From: Clostridiales bacterium
GTDB lineage: Bacteria; Bacillota; Clostridia; Peptostreptococcales; Anaerovoracaceae
DNA length: 24,000 nt
Reading direction: 5' to 3'
Assembly (NCBI GenBank): GCA_012841925.1
Contig: DUTT01000034.1
Span: forward strand, 32,462-56,461
A program made the translations under genes and the position numbers. Under the pieces are notes generated by a model. That model was not told the DNA's origin and ran no database searches. It worked only from the letters and a program-made list of their open reading frames with translations. Each line of letters begins with the position of its first letter. The first letter of the stretch is position 1. Positions 8,074 through 14,635 of this stretch are shown one piece after another.

Positions 8074-8590
8074 GCTCTGCCTGTTTTTCCTGAAAGCAGG
8101 TGCCCTGTCGTTTGGAGGCGGGTACGCGATCCTGCACATGTTGCAGAGCGAGCTGGTGTATCGAAACGGCTGGATTACCGCGCGCGATTTTGCCGACGTG
8201 GTCGCCATCGCCGAGATGACTCCGGGTCCGATCGCGGTCAATGCGTCGACGTTTGTCGGTTACCGGCTGCTCGGACCCTTCGCAGCGATCCTTACGACGG
8301 TCTGCATCGTCGCCATACCGTTTGTGATCGCCCTTGCGGTCAGTATCGGATATCAGAAAGTGCGCGACAGCCGCTTTATGAAGCAGGCGCTTTCGGGCAT
8401 CCGGCCTGCGGTTGTGGGGCTGATTGCGGCGGCGGGTTGCGGCATTGCGGACGTGTCGTTTTCGGACACCGCTTCGGTCGGTATTTTCCTGTTGTCGACC
8501 TACCTGCTGTTCAGGAGCCGGATGCATCCGATCGTCGTGATGCTTCTTTCCGGCGCTGCGGGTATCGTTCTGTACGCTGTGGTCCTTTGA
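8051..8590 (+). CDS. Chromate transporter (CHR) family, short-chain half 2
   Basis: Signature FLKAGALSFGGGYAILHMLQSELV. The gene overlaps half 1 by 23 nt (translational coupling). This paired short-chain CHR arrangement is known from Bacillus ywrA/ywrB-type loci. Confidence 0.85.
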   Translation: MAVDLLSKLCLFFLKAGALSFGGGYAILHMLQSELVYRNGWITARDFADVVAIAEMTPGPIAVNASTFVGYRLLGPFAAILTTVCIVAIPFVIALAVSIGYQKVRDSRFMKQALSGIRPAVVGLIAAAGCGIADVSFSDTASVGIFLLSTYLLFRSRMHPIVVMLLSGAAGIVLYAVVL

Positions 8591-8618
8591 CAGGCGCGCA
8601 ATCGCCGGGAGGGATATC

Positions 8619-9950
8619 ATGAGTCTGCTTACTTCGTTGCCCGAAATCGTTGAAGAGTGCCGCCGGGAGTACGAGCGGCTGAGAAATGACGCCGACACAC
8701 CGGGGTTTCGGATGGTCGAGCGCATGGGTTCAACCGGCGACAACCGGCTTGTGCTCGGCGACAACCTGGACTGGCTGCGCTGCTCGCTGGCCGAACCGGA
8801 TCGCAGGCCTGTATCGCTGATTTACATCGATCCGCCGTTTTATTCCAAAAGCAATTACCGCGCGGAGGTGCGGATTGCCTCCGGCAATCGAAAGGTGACA
8901 GGAGTCCGCAGCGATGCGTATCAGGATCGATGGGGGCGGGGCATGCAGGGATTTCTCTCCATGCTGACGCTGCGCCTGCTCTTTATGAGAGATCTGCTTG
9001 CCGAAGACGGAGGAATCATCGTCCATCTGGACTGGCGGGCGGTGCACTACGTTAAAGTGATCATGGACGAGCTGTTTGGCCAGACGAGATTCGTCAACGA
9101 AATCATATGGACATATAAATCGGGCGGCGCGTCGAGCCGGGCGTTTGCCAAAAAGCACGACACGCTTCTCTACTATGCCGCCGGCCGCCGGCATTACTTT
9201 AACCCGGTAAAAGAAAAATCCTACAATCGGGCGTTCCGTCCGTATCGCTTCCGGGGCGTGCGGGAATACAAAGATGAGCTCGGTTGGTATACGATGGTCA
9301 ACCAAAAGGATGTGCTGGACGTCGATATGGTCGGCCGCACAGCCGGAGAGCGCACAGGGTACGCCACCCAGAAGCCCGAAAAGCTCCTGGAAATTCTGCT
9401 CGAAAGCTGCACGAAGCCGGGCGATGTGTGCGCCGATTATTTTGGAGGATCCGGAACGCTGGCGGCTGTGGCGCATCGCATGGGCCGGCAGTTTATATCC
9501 TGCGACAGCAGTCCGCTTGCGATGGCCGCCACCAGAAAGAGACTTGCGATGCTCGATGCACCGTTTGCCTACTGCGTTTCCGAATCGGAGATTTCGGGCC
9601 GTGCAGCGGATGTAACCGCCGATGCGCACATCAGCCAAACGGCCTCCGAAGGGCTGCTGTGCAGCGTGCAGCTGGGTGCGTACAGGCGCGACTGCACTCT
9701 CCTGCCGGTGTCGGCTCCGGACCGGAAAGTCGTCGGTGAGTTGCAGGACAGCGATCCGCTTTCGCTGGTGGATTACTGGTGTGTCGACCCGGATTACGAC
9801 GGTGAGAACTTTCAAAGCACGTACTGCTTTGTGCGCACGAAAAACGGCATGACCGACCGGGCAGAGTTTTTGGCGGGGCCCAACAAGCGCGTTGCAGTCA
9901 AAGTGTACGATGCGTTTGGAGGCTTCGGTCTCTGGGAGCGGAGATTGTGA
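8619..9950 (+). CDS. Site-specific DNA methyltransferase, beta class (N6-adenine/N4-cytosine family), solitary
   Basis: RBS GGGAGGG is present. Catalytic motif IV LIYIDPPF precedes AdoMet motif I DYFGGSGT (beta-class order). Also present are IIWTYKSGG, HDTLLYY and ATQKPEKLLE. About 110 C-terminal residues have no motif I can assign. No restriction endonuclease candidate lies nearby. Confidence 0.88.
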   Translation: MSLLTSLPEIVEECRREYERLRNDADTPGFRMVERMGSTGDNRLVLGDNLDWLRCSLAEPDRRPVSLIYIDPPFYSKSNYRAEVRIASGNRKVTGVRSDAYQDRWGRGMQGFLSMLTLRLLFMRDLLAEDGGIIVHLDWRAVHYVKVIMDELFGQTRFVNEIIWTYKSGGASSRAFAKKHDTLLYYAAGRRHYFNPVKEKSYNRAFRPYRFRGVREYKDELGWYTMVNQKDVLDVDMVGRTAGERTGYATQKPEKLLEILLESCTKPGDVCADYFGGSGTLAAVAHRMGRQFISCDSSPLAMAATRKRLAMLDAPFAYCVSESEISGRAADVTADAHISQTASEGLLCSVQLGAYRRDCTLLPVSAPDRKVVGELQDSDPLSLVDYWCVDPDYDGENFQSTYCFVRTKNGMTDRAEFLAGPNKRVAVKVYDAFGGFGLWERRL

Positions 9951-9958
9951 ATTTGAAC

Positions 9959-9987
9959 TTGCATTTGTATGCTCCATACGGTACAAT
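9959..9987 (+). promoter_or_regulatory. Promoter of the tRNA gene (TTGCAT-17 nt-TACAAT)
   Basis: TTGCAT lies at 9959-9964 and TACAAT at 9982-9987. The predicted start is a few nt upstream of tRNA position 1. Confidence 0.55.
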
Positions 9988-9999
9988 GTCAGGGACCGG

Positions 10000-10075
10000 G
10001 GGAGGTTAGTTCAGCTGGTAGAATGCTTGCTCGACAAGCAAGAGGTCGTTGGTTCGAGTCCAATACTTCCCACCA
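10000..10075 (+). tRNA. tRNA, anticodon GAC in canonical register (Val-like), with atypical C at position 33; CCA encoded
   Basis: Manual cloverleaf. Acceptor GGGAGGT/ACTTCCC. D arm GTTC-AGCTGGTA-GAAT. Anticodon stem CTTGC/GCAAG with loop TCGACAA. Variable region AGGTC. T arm GTTGG-TTCGAGT-CCAAT. Discriminator A plus CCA. U8, A14, G18G19, A21, C48, T54-T55-C56 and A58 are all present. Confidence 0.8.
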
Positions 10076-10081
10076 ACCGAA

Positions 10082-10114
10082 GGCTTTTGCTCAAAAGAGC
10101 AAGGGCCTTTTTTT
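10082..10114 (+). terminator. Intrinsic terminator after the tRNA
   Basis: An 11-bp stem GGCTTTTGCTC/GAGCAAGGGCC (two G-U pairs) with an AAAA loop is followed by T7 (10108-10114). Confidence 0.8.
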
Positions 10115-10143
10115 ACAGGGAACAACAGAGGAAGGGTGCATGT

Positions 10144-10440
10144 ATGCTGATTATCGTGTTCGGTCTCATCATGATTGCAGGCATTCTGGTCGGAAATTAT
10201 GTGCCCGGCATACCGCAAGAGAGCCGCTTCCGGCAGCGTCTGCAGCAGGTGATGCTGTACGGATTGCTGTTCATTCTCGGCCACCAGCTGGGCGGCAACG
10301 AGGATATCGTGGCCTCCATGTCGCGCATGGGACTGGTCGGAGTCGTGCTCGCCGTCGTAACCATGACGGCTTCGTTTGCGGCCGTGTGGTTCCTGCGTAC
10401 ACTGTTCGACCGCCGCATCAAGGAGAAAGCCGATGATTAA
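10144..10440 (+). CDS. LysO/DUF340 family exporter, small subunit-like protein (98 aa)
   Basis: RBS AGAGGAAGGG precedes ATG 10144. The protein has three hydrophobic segments. It is paired and overlapping (ATGATTAA) with a larger DUF340-type protein, which is the typical Firmicutes two-gene arrangement. Confidence 0.6.
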   Translation: MLIIVFGLIMIAGILVGNYVPGIPQESRFRQRLQQVMLYGLLFILGHQLGGNEDIVASMSRMGLVGVVLAVVTMTASFAAVWFLRTLFDRRIKEKADD

Positions 10441-11023
10441 GAGCATGCTCTTCTTTATCCTCGCCGGATTTGGTGCGGGATATTTCGGTCTCATCGATAT
10501 CCCGGAGGCGGTAGGCTCAACAGCGATTATGGTGCTTCTGTGCGTCATGATGTTTGTCGCGAGCATCGAGATGGGAAAGCTGGGCTTTATCAAGGACTTG
10601 AGGGAAGCCGGACTTCGCATCGCTACCTATGCGCTGGCGACCGTCGCCGGTACGCTGGTTTCCGCCTGGGCTTTCGCGCCTCTGCTGTCCATCAGCGGCA
10701 AGGATGCGTTAGTGACCGCGTCGGGCATGGGATGGTATTCGCTGGCGGCCGGCCTCGTGTTCGAATATTCGCCGCCTCTGTCGATTGCGACCTTTGTCTA
10801 CTGTTTGTTCCGGGAGCTGGGCGCCATCTTTCTGATGCCGGTCCTCTGGAAAAGATTTCAGGTTCCGGAGCTGGTGAGTCTGGCAGGATCGGCAGCCATG
10901 AATCCGGCTGTGGCTGCGACGGCCGTCACCGGTGACCAGGCATTTATATTTTACGGGATGATATCCGGGAGCATCGTATCGATGTTTGTTCCCGTGCTCG
11001 TGCCGCTTATGATTTCGCTGTAA
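10433..11023 (+). CDS. LysO/DUF340 family (lysine exporter-like) membrane protein (196 aa)
   Basis: ATG 10433 overlaps the upstream stop. The protein is polytopic with the GMGWYSLAAGL segment typical of DUF340/LysO proteins as I recall them. Confidence 0.6.
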   Translation: MIKSMLFFILAGFGAGYFGLIDIPEAVGSTAIMVLLCVMMFVASIEMGKLGFIKDLREAGLRIATYALATVAGTLVSAWAFAPLLSISGKDALVTASGMGWYSLAAGLVFEYSPPLSIATFVYCLFRELGAIFLMPVLWKRFQVPELVSLAGSAAMNPAVAATAVTGDQAFIFYGMISGSIVSMFVPVLVPLMISL

Positions 11024-11079
11024 GAGGCCGTTGCTGACAGCTGAGACTGTATATGATGTATATGAAAAGGGGAGAGGGT

Positions 11080-12615
11080 ATGGAAAGATTTAAACAGCAA
11101 AGAGAATGCGCACAGAGCATCATAAAAGATGAGACGCTCACGCACGAGCAGCAGATGATGGCGCTGTCCTCCGTCGGACGCGATCTGCTGGACCTGCCCG
11201 GAGAGGCAGCGGTAAAGTTTTACGAATTGAAAGACAAGGGATGGCTGTGCGACCTCAACGAGGGGCGCGTCACCTACGTGCCGCGCTATATTCTGCCGGA
11301 TTATCGCATCCTGTTCGATCAAGGCAGCGAGTTTCTGCGCCTGGATCCGCCTAAAGATCTGCACGAAGCGACGATGAGCCTGCTTGCGGTCTATCACCAC
11401 GTGCCTTCCGTTACGCATTTCCCTGTGTTCATCGGGCAGATCGACCGGCTGCTGGAGCCCTTCGTGCTGGCGGAGATCGAGCAGAGCGGAGAGGAACGCG
11501 CCTATGCGCTGATCAAAGGCTTTCTCCGCAACATCGACCGTACGGTGACCGACAGCTTTTGCCATGCGAACATCGGACCTGCGGCGAGCCGTGCGGGCGA
11601 GCTGATCCTGCGGGCCGAGCGGGAGCTGCAGGACTCGACGCCGAACATCACGCTGCTGTACGATCCGGAGCTGACGAGCGATGAGTTTGCCGCGCTGTGT
11701 GCAGATAGTGCGCTCGACTGCGCAAAACCGAGCTTTGCCAACCACCGGATGTTCCTCTCCGAGCTCGGAGATGATTACGGTATCGCGAGCTGCTACAACG
11801 GACTGCCGATCGCCGGAGGTGCCTACACGCTCAGCCGGATCATCCTGGCCAGGGTCGCGTACGACTCGGCGAACCGGGCGGACTTTTTCGAACGCAACCT
11901 GCCGGAGGCCATCGATGCGCTTCTCGCATTCATGGACGACAAGATCCGTTACCTCGTCGAAGAAACACCGTTTTTTACTTCGAATTTCCTCGTGAAGGAA
12001 GGGTGGATTAAAAAGGACCGCTTCAACGGCCTGTTTGGACTCGTCGGCCTGGCCGAGGCGGTCAACGATCTGCTCGCCAAAGAGGGGAGCGACGCCCGAT
12101 TCGGTCCGGATGCCGAAGCCAACGACCTGGGAATCGAAATCATGGATGCGCTCAAAGCGCGCGTCGACGCGCACGAAAACTCGTACTGCCCGTTTTACAA
12201 AAACCGCTTTATGCTGCACGCCCAGGTCGGCATCGACAGCGATTCGGGCATCAGCCCCGGCGCCAGGATTCCCATCGGCGAGGAGATTCCTCTGTACGAG
12301 CATCTGCGTCACACCGGCCGTTTCCACGGGTATTTCCCTTCGGGGGCCGGCGACATCTTTCCTTTTGAAGTGACGGCGCAGCGAAATCCTGAAGCGGTGC
12401 TGGATGTGTTCAAAGGAGCTCTGGAGGTGGGCGTTCGCTACATTTCCACCTATACATCCGACAGCGACGTCATCCGCATCACCGGATATCTCGTCAAACG
12501 CTCGGATATCGAAGCGCTAAAGAACAAGCAGGCTGTCGTCAACGATACCGTCGTGCTCGGCAAGCTGTCCGTCGAGAGAAGCCGCGTGGAGGAACGGATG
12601 GTGCGCGAGCTGTAG
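11080..12615 (+). CDS. yjjI: YjjI-family glycyl-radical enzyme (DUF3029-type), substrate unknown
   Basis: RBS AAAGGGGAGAGGG precedes ATG 11080. The ~511-aa length matches E. coli YjjI (~516 aa). The C-terminal glycyl-radical fingerprint VIRITGYLV (Gly codon at 12484-12486) lies ~43 aa from the C-terminus. A YjjW-type activase gene follows immediately. Confidence 0.75.
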   Translation: MERFKQQRECAQSIIKDETLTHEQQMMALSSVGRDLLDLPGEAAVKFYELKDKGWLCDLNEGRVTYVPRYILPDYRILFDQGSEFLRLDPPKDLHEATMSLLAVYHHVPSVTHFPVFIGQIDRLLEPFVLAEIEQSGEERAYALIKGFLRNIDRTVTDSFCHANIGPAASRAGELILRAERELQDSTPNITLLYDPELTSDEFAALCADSALDCAKPSFANHRMFLSELGDDYGIASCYNGLPIAGGAYTLSRIILARVAYDSANRADFFERNLPEAIDALLAFMDDKIRYLVEETPFFTSNFLVKEGWIKKDRFNGLFGLVGLAEAVNDLLAKEGSDARFGPDAEANDLGIEIMDALKARVDAHENSYCPFYKNRFMLHAQVGIDSDSGISPGARIPIGEEIPLYEHLRHTGRFHGYFPSGAGDIFPFEVTAQRNPEAVLDVFKGALEVGVRYISTYTSDSDVIRITGYLVKRSDIEALKNKQAVVNDTVVLGKLSVERSRVEERMVREL

Positions 12616-12639
12616 TTTGCGCGGAAAGGATCAGGCATC

Positions 12640-13371
12640 ATGCGTACCGCTCCGGTTACGAAGATCATCGAACACAGCGTCGTAGACGGTCCCGGCAACC
12701 GTGCGGCGATTTTTCTGCAAGGTTGCAATTTCAACTGCGCCTATTGTCACAATCCAGAGACGATCGATCCGTCGGCTCGCCCCGAATCTCTGTCTGTACT
12801 GACGGCGGAACAGGTCGTCGAACGCGTAGCCGGGGCCGTGCCTTTTATCAGAGGGTTGACGATATCCGGAGGGGAGTGCATGCTGCACGCTCCGTTCGTC
12901 TACGATGTCTGCAGCCTGGCAAAGCAGCGGTTCGGCGCAGAGTTTTCGTGCCTGCTCGACAGCAACGGCAGCCTGCCGTTCGACCTCGTTCTGCCCGTCA
13001 TCGACGGCGTGCTCCTCGACGTAAAAGCCGCCGGAGAATCCACCCACGAAGCGCTTACGGGGGCTCCGCTTGACCCGGTCCTTGCCAGCGTAACTGTGCT
13101 TGCCCGCGCAGGGAAGCTCATCGAGGTGCGAACGGTCGTCACCGGCGACGGGGAAGAAGCGTTCCGCTGCATCGAACTGGTCTGCTGCCGCATCAGAGAA
13201 GCGGCCGGTGCGGACGCCGTGGGCCGCACGGGATACAAACTGATTCGATACCGGCCGAAAGGCGTCAGAAAAGAATATCTCCGGAACCTTAAAGTGCCGG
13301 CTGCACCGTCGATGGAGCGCGCCGTTGAGCATGCGAGACAGTGTGGCTTCAATCCGGTCACGGCCGTCTGA
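12640..13371 (+). CDS. yjjW: Glycyl-radical enzyme activating protein (radical SAM), YjjW-type
   Basis: The N-terminus SVVDGPGNRAAIFLQGCNFNCAYCHNPETI is the PflA-like activase signature with CX3CX2C. It is followed by GLTISGGEC. The gene starts 24 nt downstream of the glycyl-radical enzyme gene. Confidence 0.85.
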   Translation: MRTAPVTKIIEHSVVDGPGNRAAIFLQGCNFNCAYCHNPETIDPSARPESLSVLTAEQVVERVAGAVPFIRGLTISGGECMLHAPFVYDVCSLAKQRFGAEFSCLLDSNGSLPFDLVLPVIDGVLLDVKAAGESTHEALTGAPLDPVLASVTVLARAGKLIEVRTVVTGDGEEAFRCIELVCCRIREAAGADAVGRTGYKLIRYRPKGVRKEYLRNLKVPAAPSMERAVEHARQCGFNPVTAV

Positions 13372-13434
13372 TGCGCTAAGAAGAGTTGAGAAGAGATATT
13401 TTTATGAAAATCCTATGCTTTTATCAACAGGTAT

Positions 13435-13442
13435 TGTATAAT
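13435..13442 (+). promoter_or_regulatory. Extended -10 element TGTATAAT upstream of the ABC importer operon
   Basis: TG-T-TATAAT lies at 13435-13442, 39 nt before ATG 13481. The -35 region is weak (ATGCTT). Confidence 0.5.
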
Positions 13443-13480
13443 GCAACATAGGGTTATTTCACCGCTTAGGAGGAGAAAAC

Positions 13481-14488
13481 ATGAGAAGAGTAATCAGTGT
13501 CTTATTGGTGCTTGCAATGGTTTTCGCGCTTGCCGGTTGCGGCGGCGGCCAGACGCTGGACGGGTCGGCTAAAAAAGTCGTTATGATTACCGACACGGGC
13601 GGACTCGGCGACGAGTCGTTTAACGATCTGGCATACGAAGGTATCCTGCGCGCAGCAGAGGACTTCGGCATTCAGTACAGCGTGCTCGAATCTGCGACGG
13701 CAGACGACTATGCGCCCAACATCGCGGCAGCGGTGGAAGAAGGTGCGGATCTCATCGTCTGCGTAGGGTTCCTGTTTGAGGGAGTGCTGGCTGAGATGGC
13801 CGTGCAGTATCCCGATCAGCTGTTTGCGCTCGTCGATGCGCAGGTAGATGCACCGAACGTTGCAGGGCTTACGTTCAGCGAAGAAGAAGGTTCGTTCCTC
13901 GTCGGAGTAGCTGCCGGACTGATGACAGAAACCGATAAAGTCGGCTACATCGGCGGCATGCAGTTCCCGGTTATCGAGAAATTCCAGTACGGCTATCAGG
14001 CCGGCGTCAAAGCGGCGAATCCGGATGCGCAGGTCTTCGTGGCCTATACGCAGTCCTTCGATGACTCTGCCGCAGGAAAAGAAAATGCGCTCGCACAGCA
14101 CAACCAGGGTGCGGATGTCATCTATCACGCAGCCGGCGGCTGCGGCATCGGCCTCATTCAGGCTGCGGACGAGCAGGGCTTCTGGGCGATCGGCGTCGAT
14201 CAGGATCAGTCATCCCTCGCACCGGACCATGTCCTGTGCTCCATGATCAAGAGAGTCGACGTGGCTGTATACGATGCCATCAAGCTGGTGCTGGAAGACA
14301 GCTTCACCGGAAACGACATCAAGTACGCGTTGAGTGCAGACGGTGTGGGCATTTCCGACAATGCAGGCAATGTTCCGGAAGACATCATGGAACAGGTCGA
14401 AGCGTGGAAGGCGAAGATCGTCGCCGGTGATTTCGCCGTGCCGTACGATCTCGACACATTCGAAGCATTTGAAGTACCTGAAATGTAA
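13481..14488 (+). CDS. BMP-family (PnrA/NupN/Med-like) ABC substrate-binding lipoprotein, probable nucleoside-binding
   Basis: RBS AGGAGG is present. The signal peptide carries the lipobox LAGC. The family N-terminal motif is MITDTGGLGDESFND. The operon architecture is identical to NupNOPQ/PnrABCDE systems. Confidence 0.85.
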   Translation: MRRVISVLLVLAMVFALAGCGGGQTLDGSAKKVVMITDTGGLGDESFNDLAYEGILRAAEDFGIQYSVLESATADDYAPNIAAAVEEGADLIVCVGFLFEGVLAEMAVQYPDQLFALVDAQVDAPNVAGLTFSEEEGSFLVGVAAGLMTETDKVGYIGGMQFPVIEKFQYGYQAGVKAANPDAQVFVAYTQSFDDSAAGKENALAQHNQGADVIYHAAGGCGIGLIQAADEQGFWAIGVDQDQSSLAPDHVLCSMIKRVDVAVYDAIKLVLEDSFTGNDIKYALSADGVGISDNAGNVPEDIMEQVEAWKAKIVAGDFAVPYDLDTFEAFEVPEM

Positions 14489-14499
14489 AGCTAAAGCGT

Positions 14500-14524
14500 G
14501 CGGAGCCGGTTTTTCCGGCTCCGC
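14500..14524 (+). other. Perfect 10-bp intercistronic hairpin after the binding-protein gene (partial terminator or mRNA stabiliser)
   Basis: The stem GCGGAGCCGG / CCGGCTCCGC has a TTTTT loop. No proper T-tract follows, so it is probably not a full terminator. Confidence 0.6.
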
Positions 14525-14635
14525 GTCATTACGGTCGCGCACAGGGGGAATCGAGGGATTAAGACTGTTTATGAGGGTCATAGGTCATAGATGGGCTTAA
14601 TCTTTTGATTTATAGAAGAAAGGCAGGGGAAATTT

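Noticed and set aside
8730-9986. 418-aa ORF on the - strand, antisense to the methyltransferase gene
   Set aside because: It is fully nested opposite a + strand gene with a complete, ordered set of methyltransferase motifs. Its translation is Arg/Ala/Pro/His-rich low-complexity sequence, typical of open antisense frames in GC-rich DNA. It has no RBS and no recognisable motif.
9892-10143. Upstream part of the listed 182-aa ORF 9892-10440 (and the parallel ORF 9969-10436), which reads through the tRNA gene
   Set aside because: The first 84 codons translate the methyltransferase 3' end, the tRNA promoter, the tRNA itself (the tell-tale ...LVQLVECLLDKQEVVGSSPILP...) and its terminator. The real start is ATG 10144, behind an RBS.
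9951-10143. The tRNA gene as an integration site for a genomic island or prophage
   Set aside because: The window contains no integrase, recombinase or phage genes, and no direct repeat of the tRNA 3' end. The flanking genes have host-like composition.
10951-12327. 458-aa ORF on the - strand, antisense to the YjjI-family gene
   Set aside because: The reasoning is the same. The + strand frame has a proper RBS, a family-typical length and a glycyl-radical motif. The antisense translation is Arg/Val/Gln-rich with no motif, and it would run into the LysO gene's 3' end.
13372-13480. Possible riboswitch or T-box upstream of the BMP/ABC operon, and a lysine riboswitch upstream of the LysO pair
   Set aside because: The deduced 5' UTR of the ABC operon is only ~35-40 nt, and the lysO upstream interval after the terminator is 29 nt. 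Both are too short to hold any known riboswitch aptamer.
14577-14590. Tandem heptamer GTCATAG-GTCATAG in the binding-protein/ATPase intercistronic region (GGTCATAGG also occurs at 19152-19160)
   Set aside because: There are only two adjacent copies (14 nt), no flanking inverted repeats and no further periodicity. This is too short to distinguish from chance.
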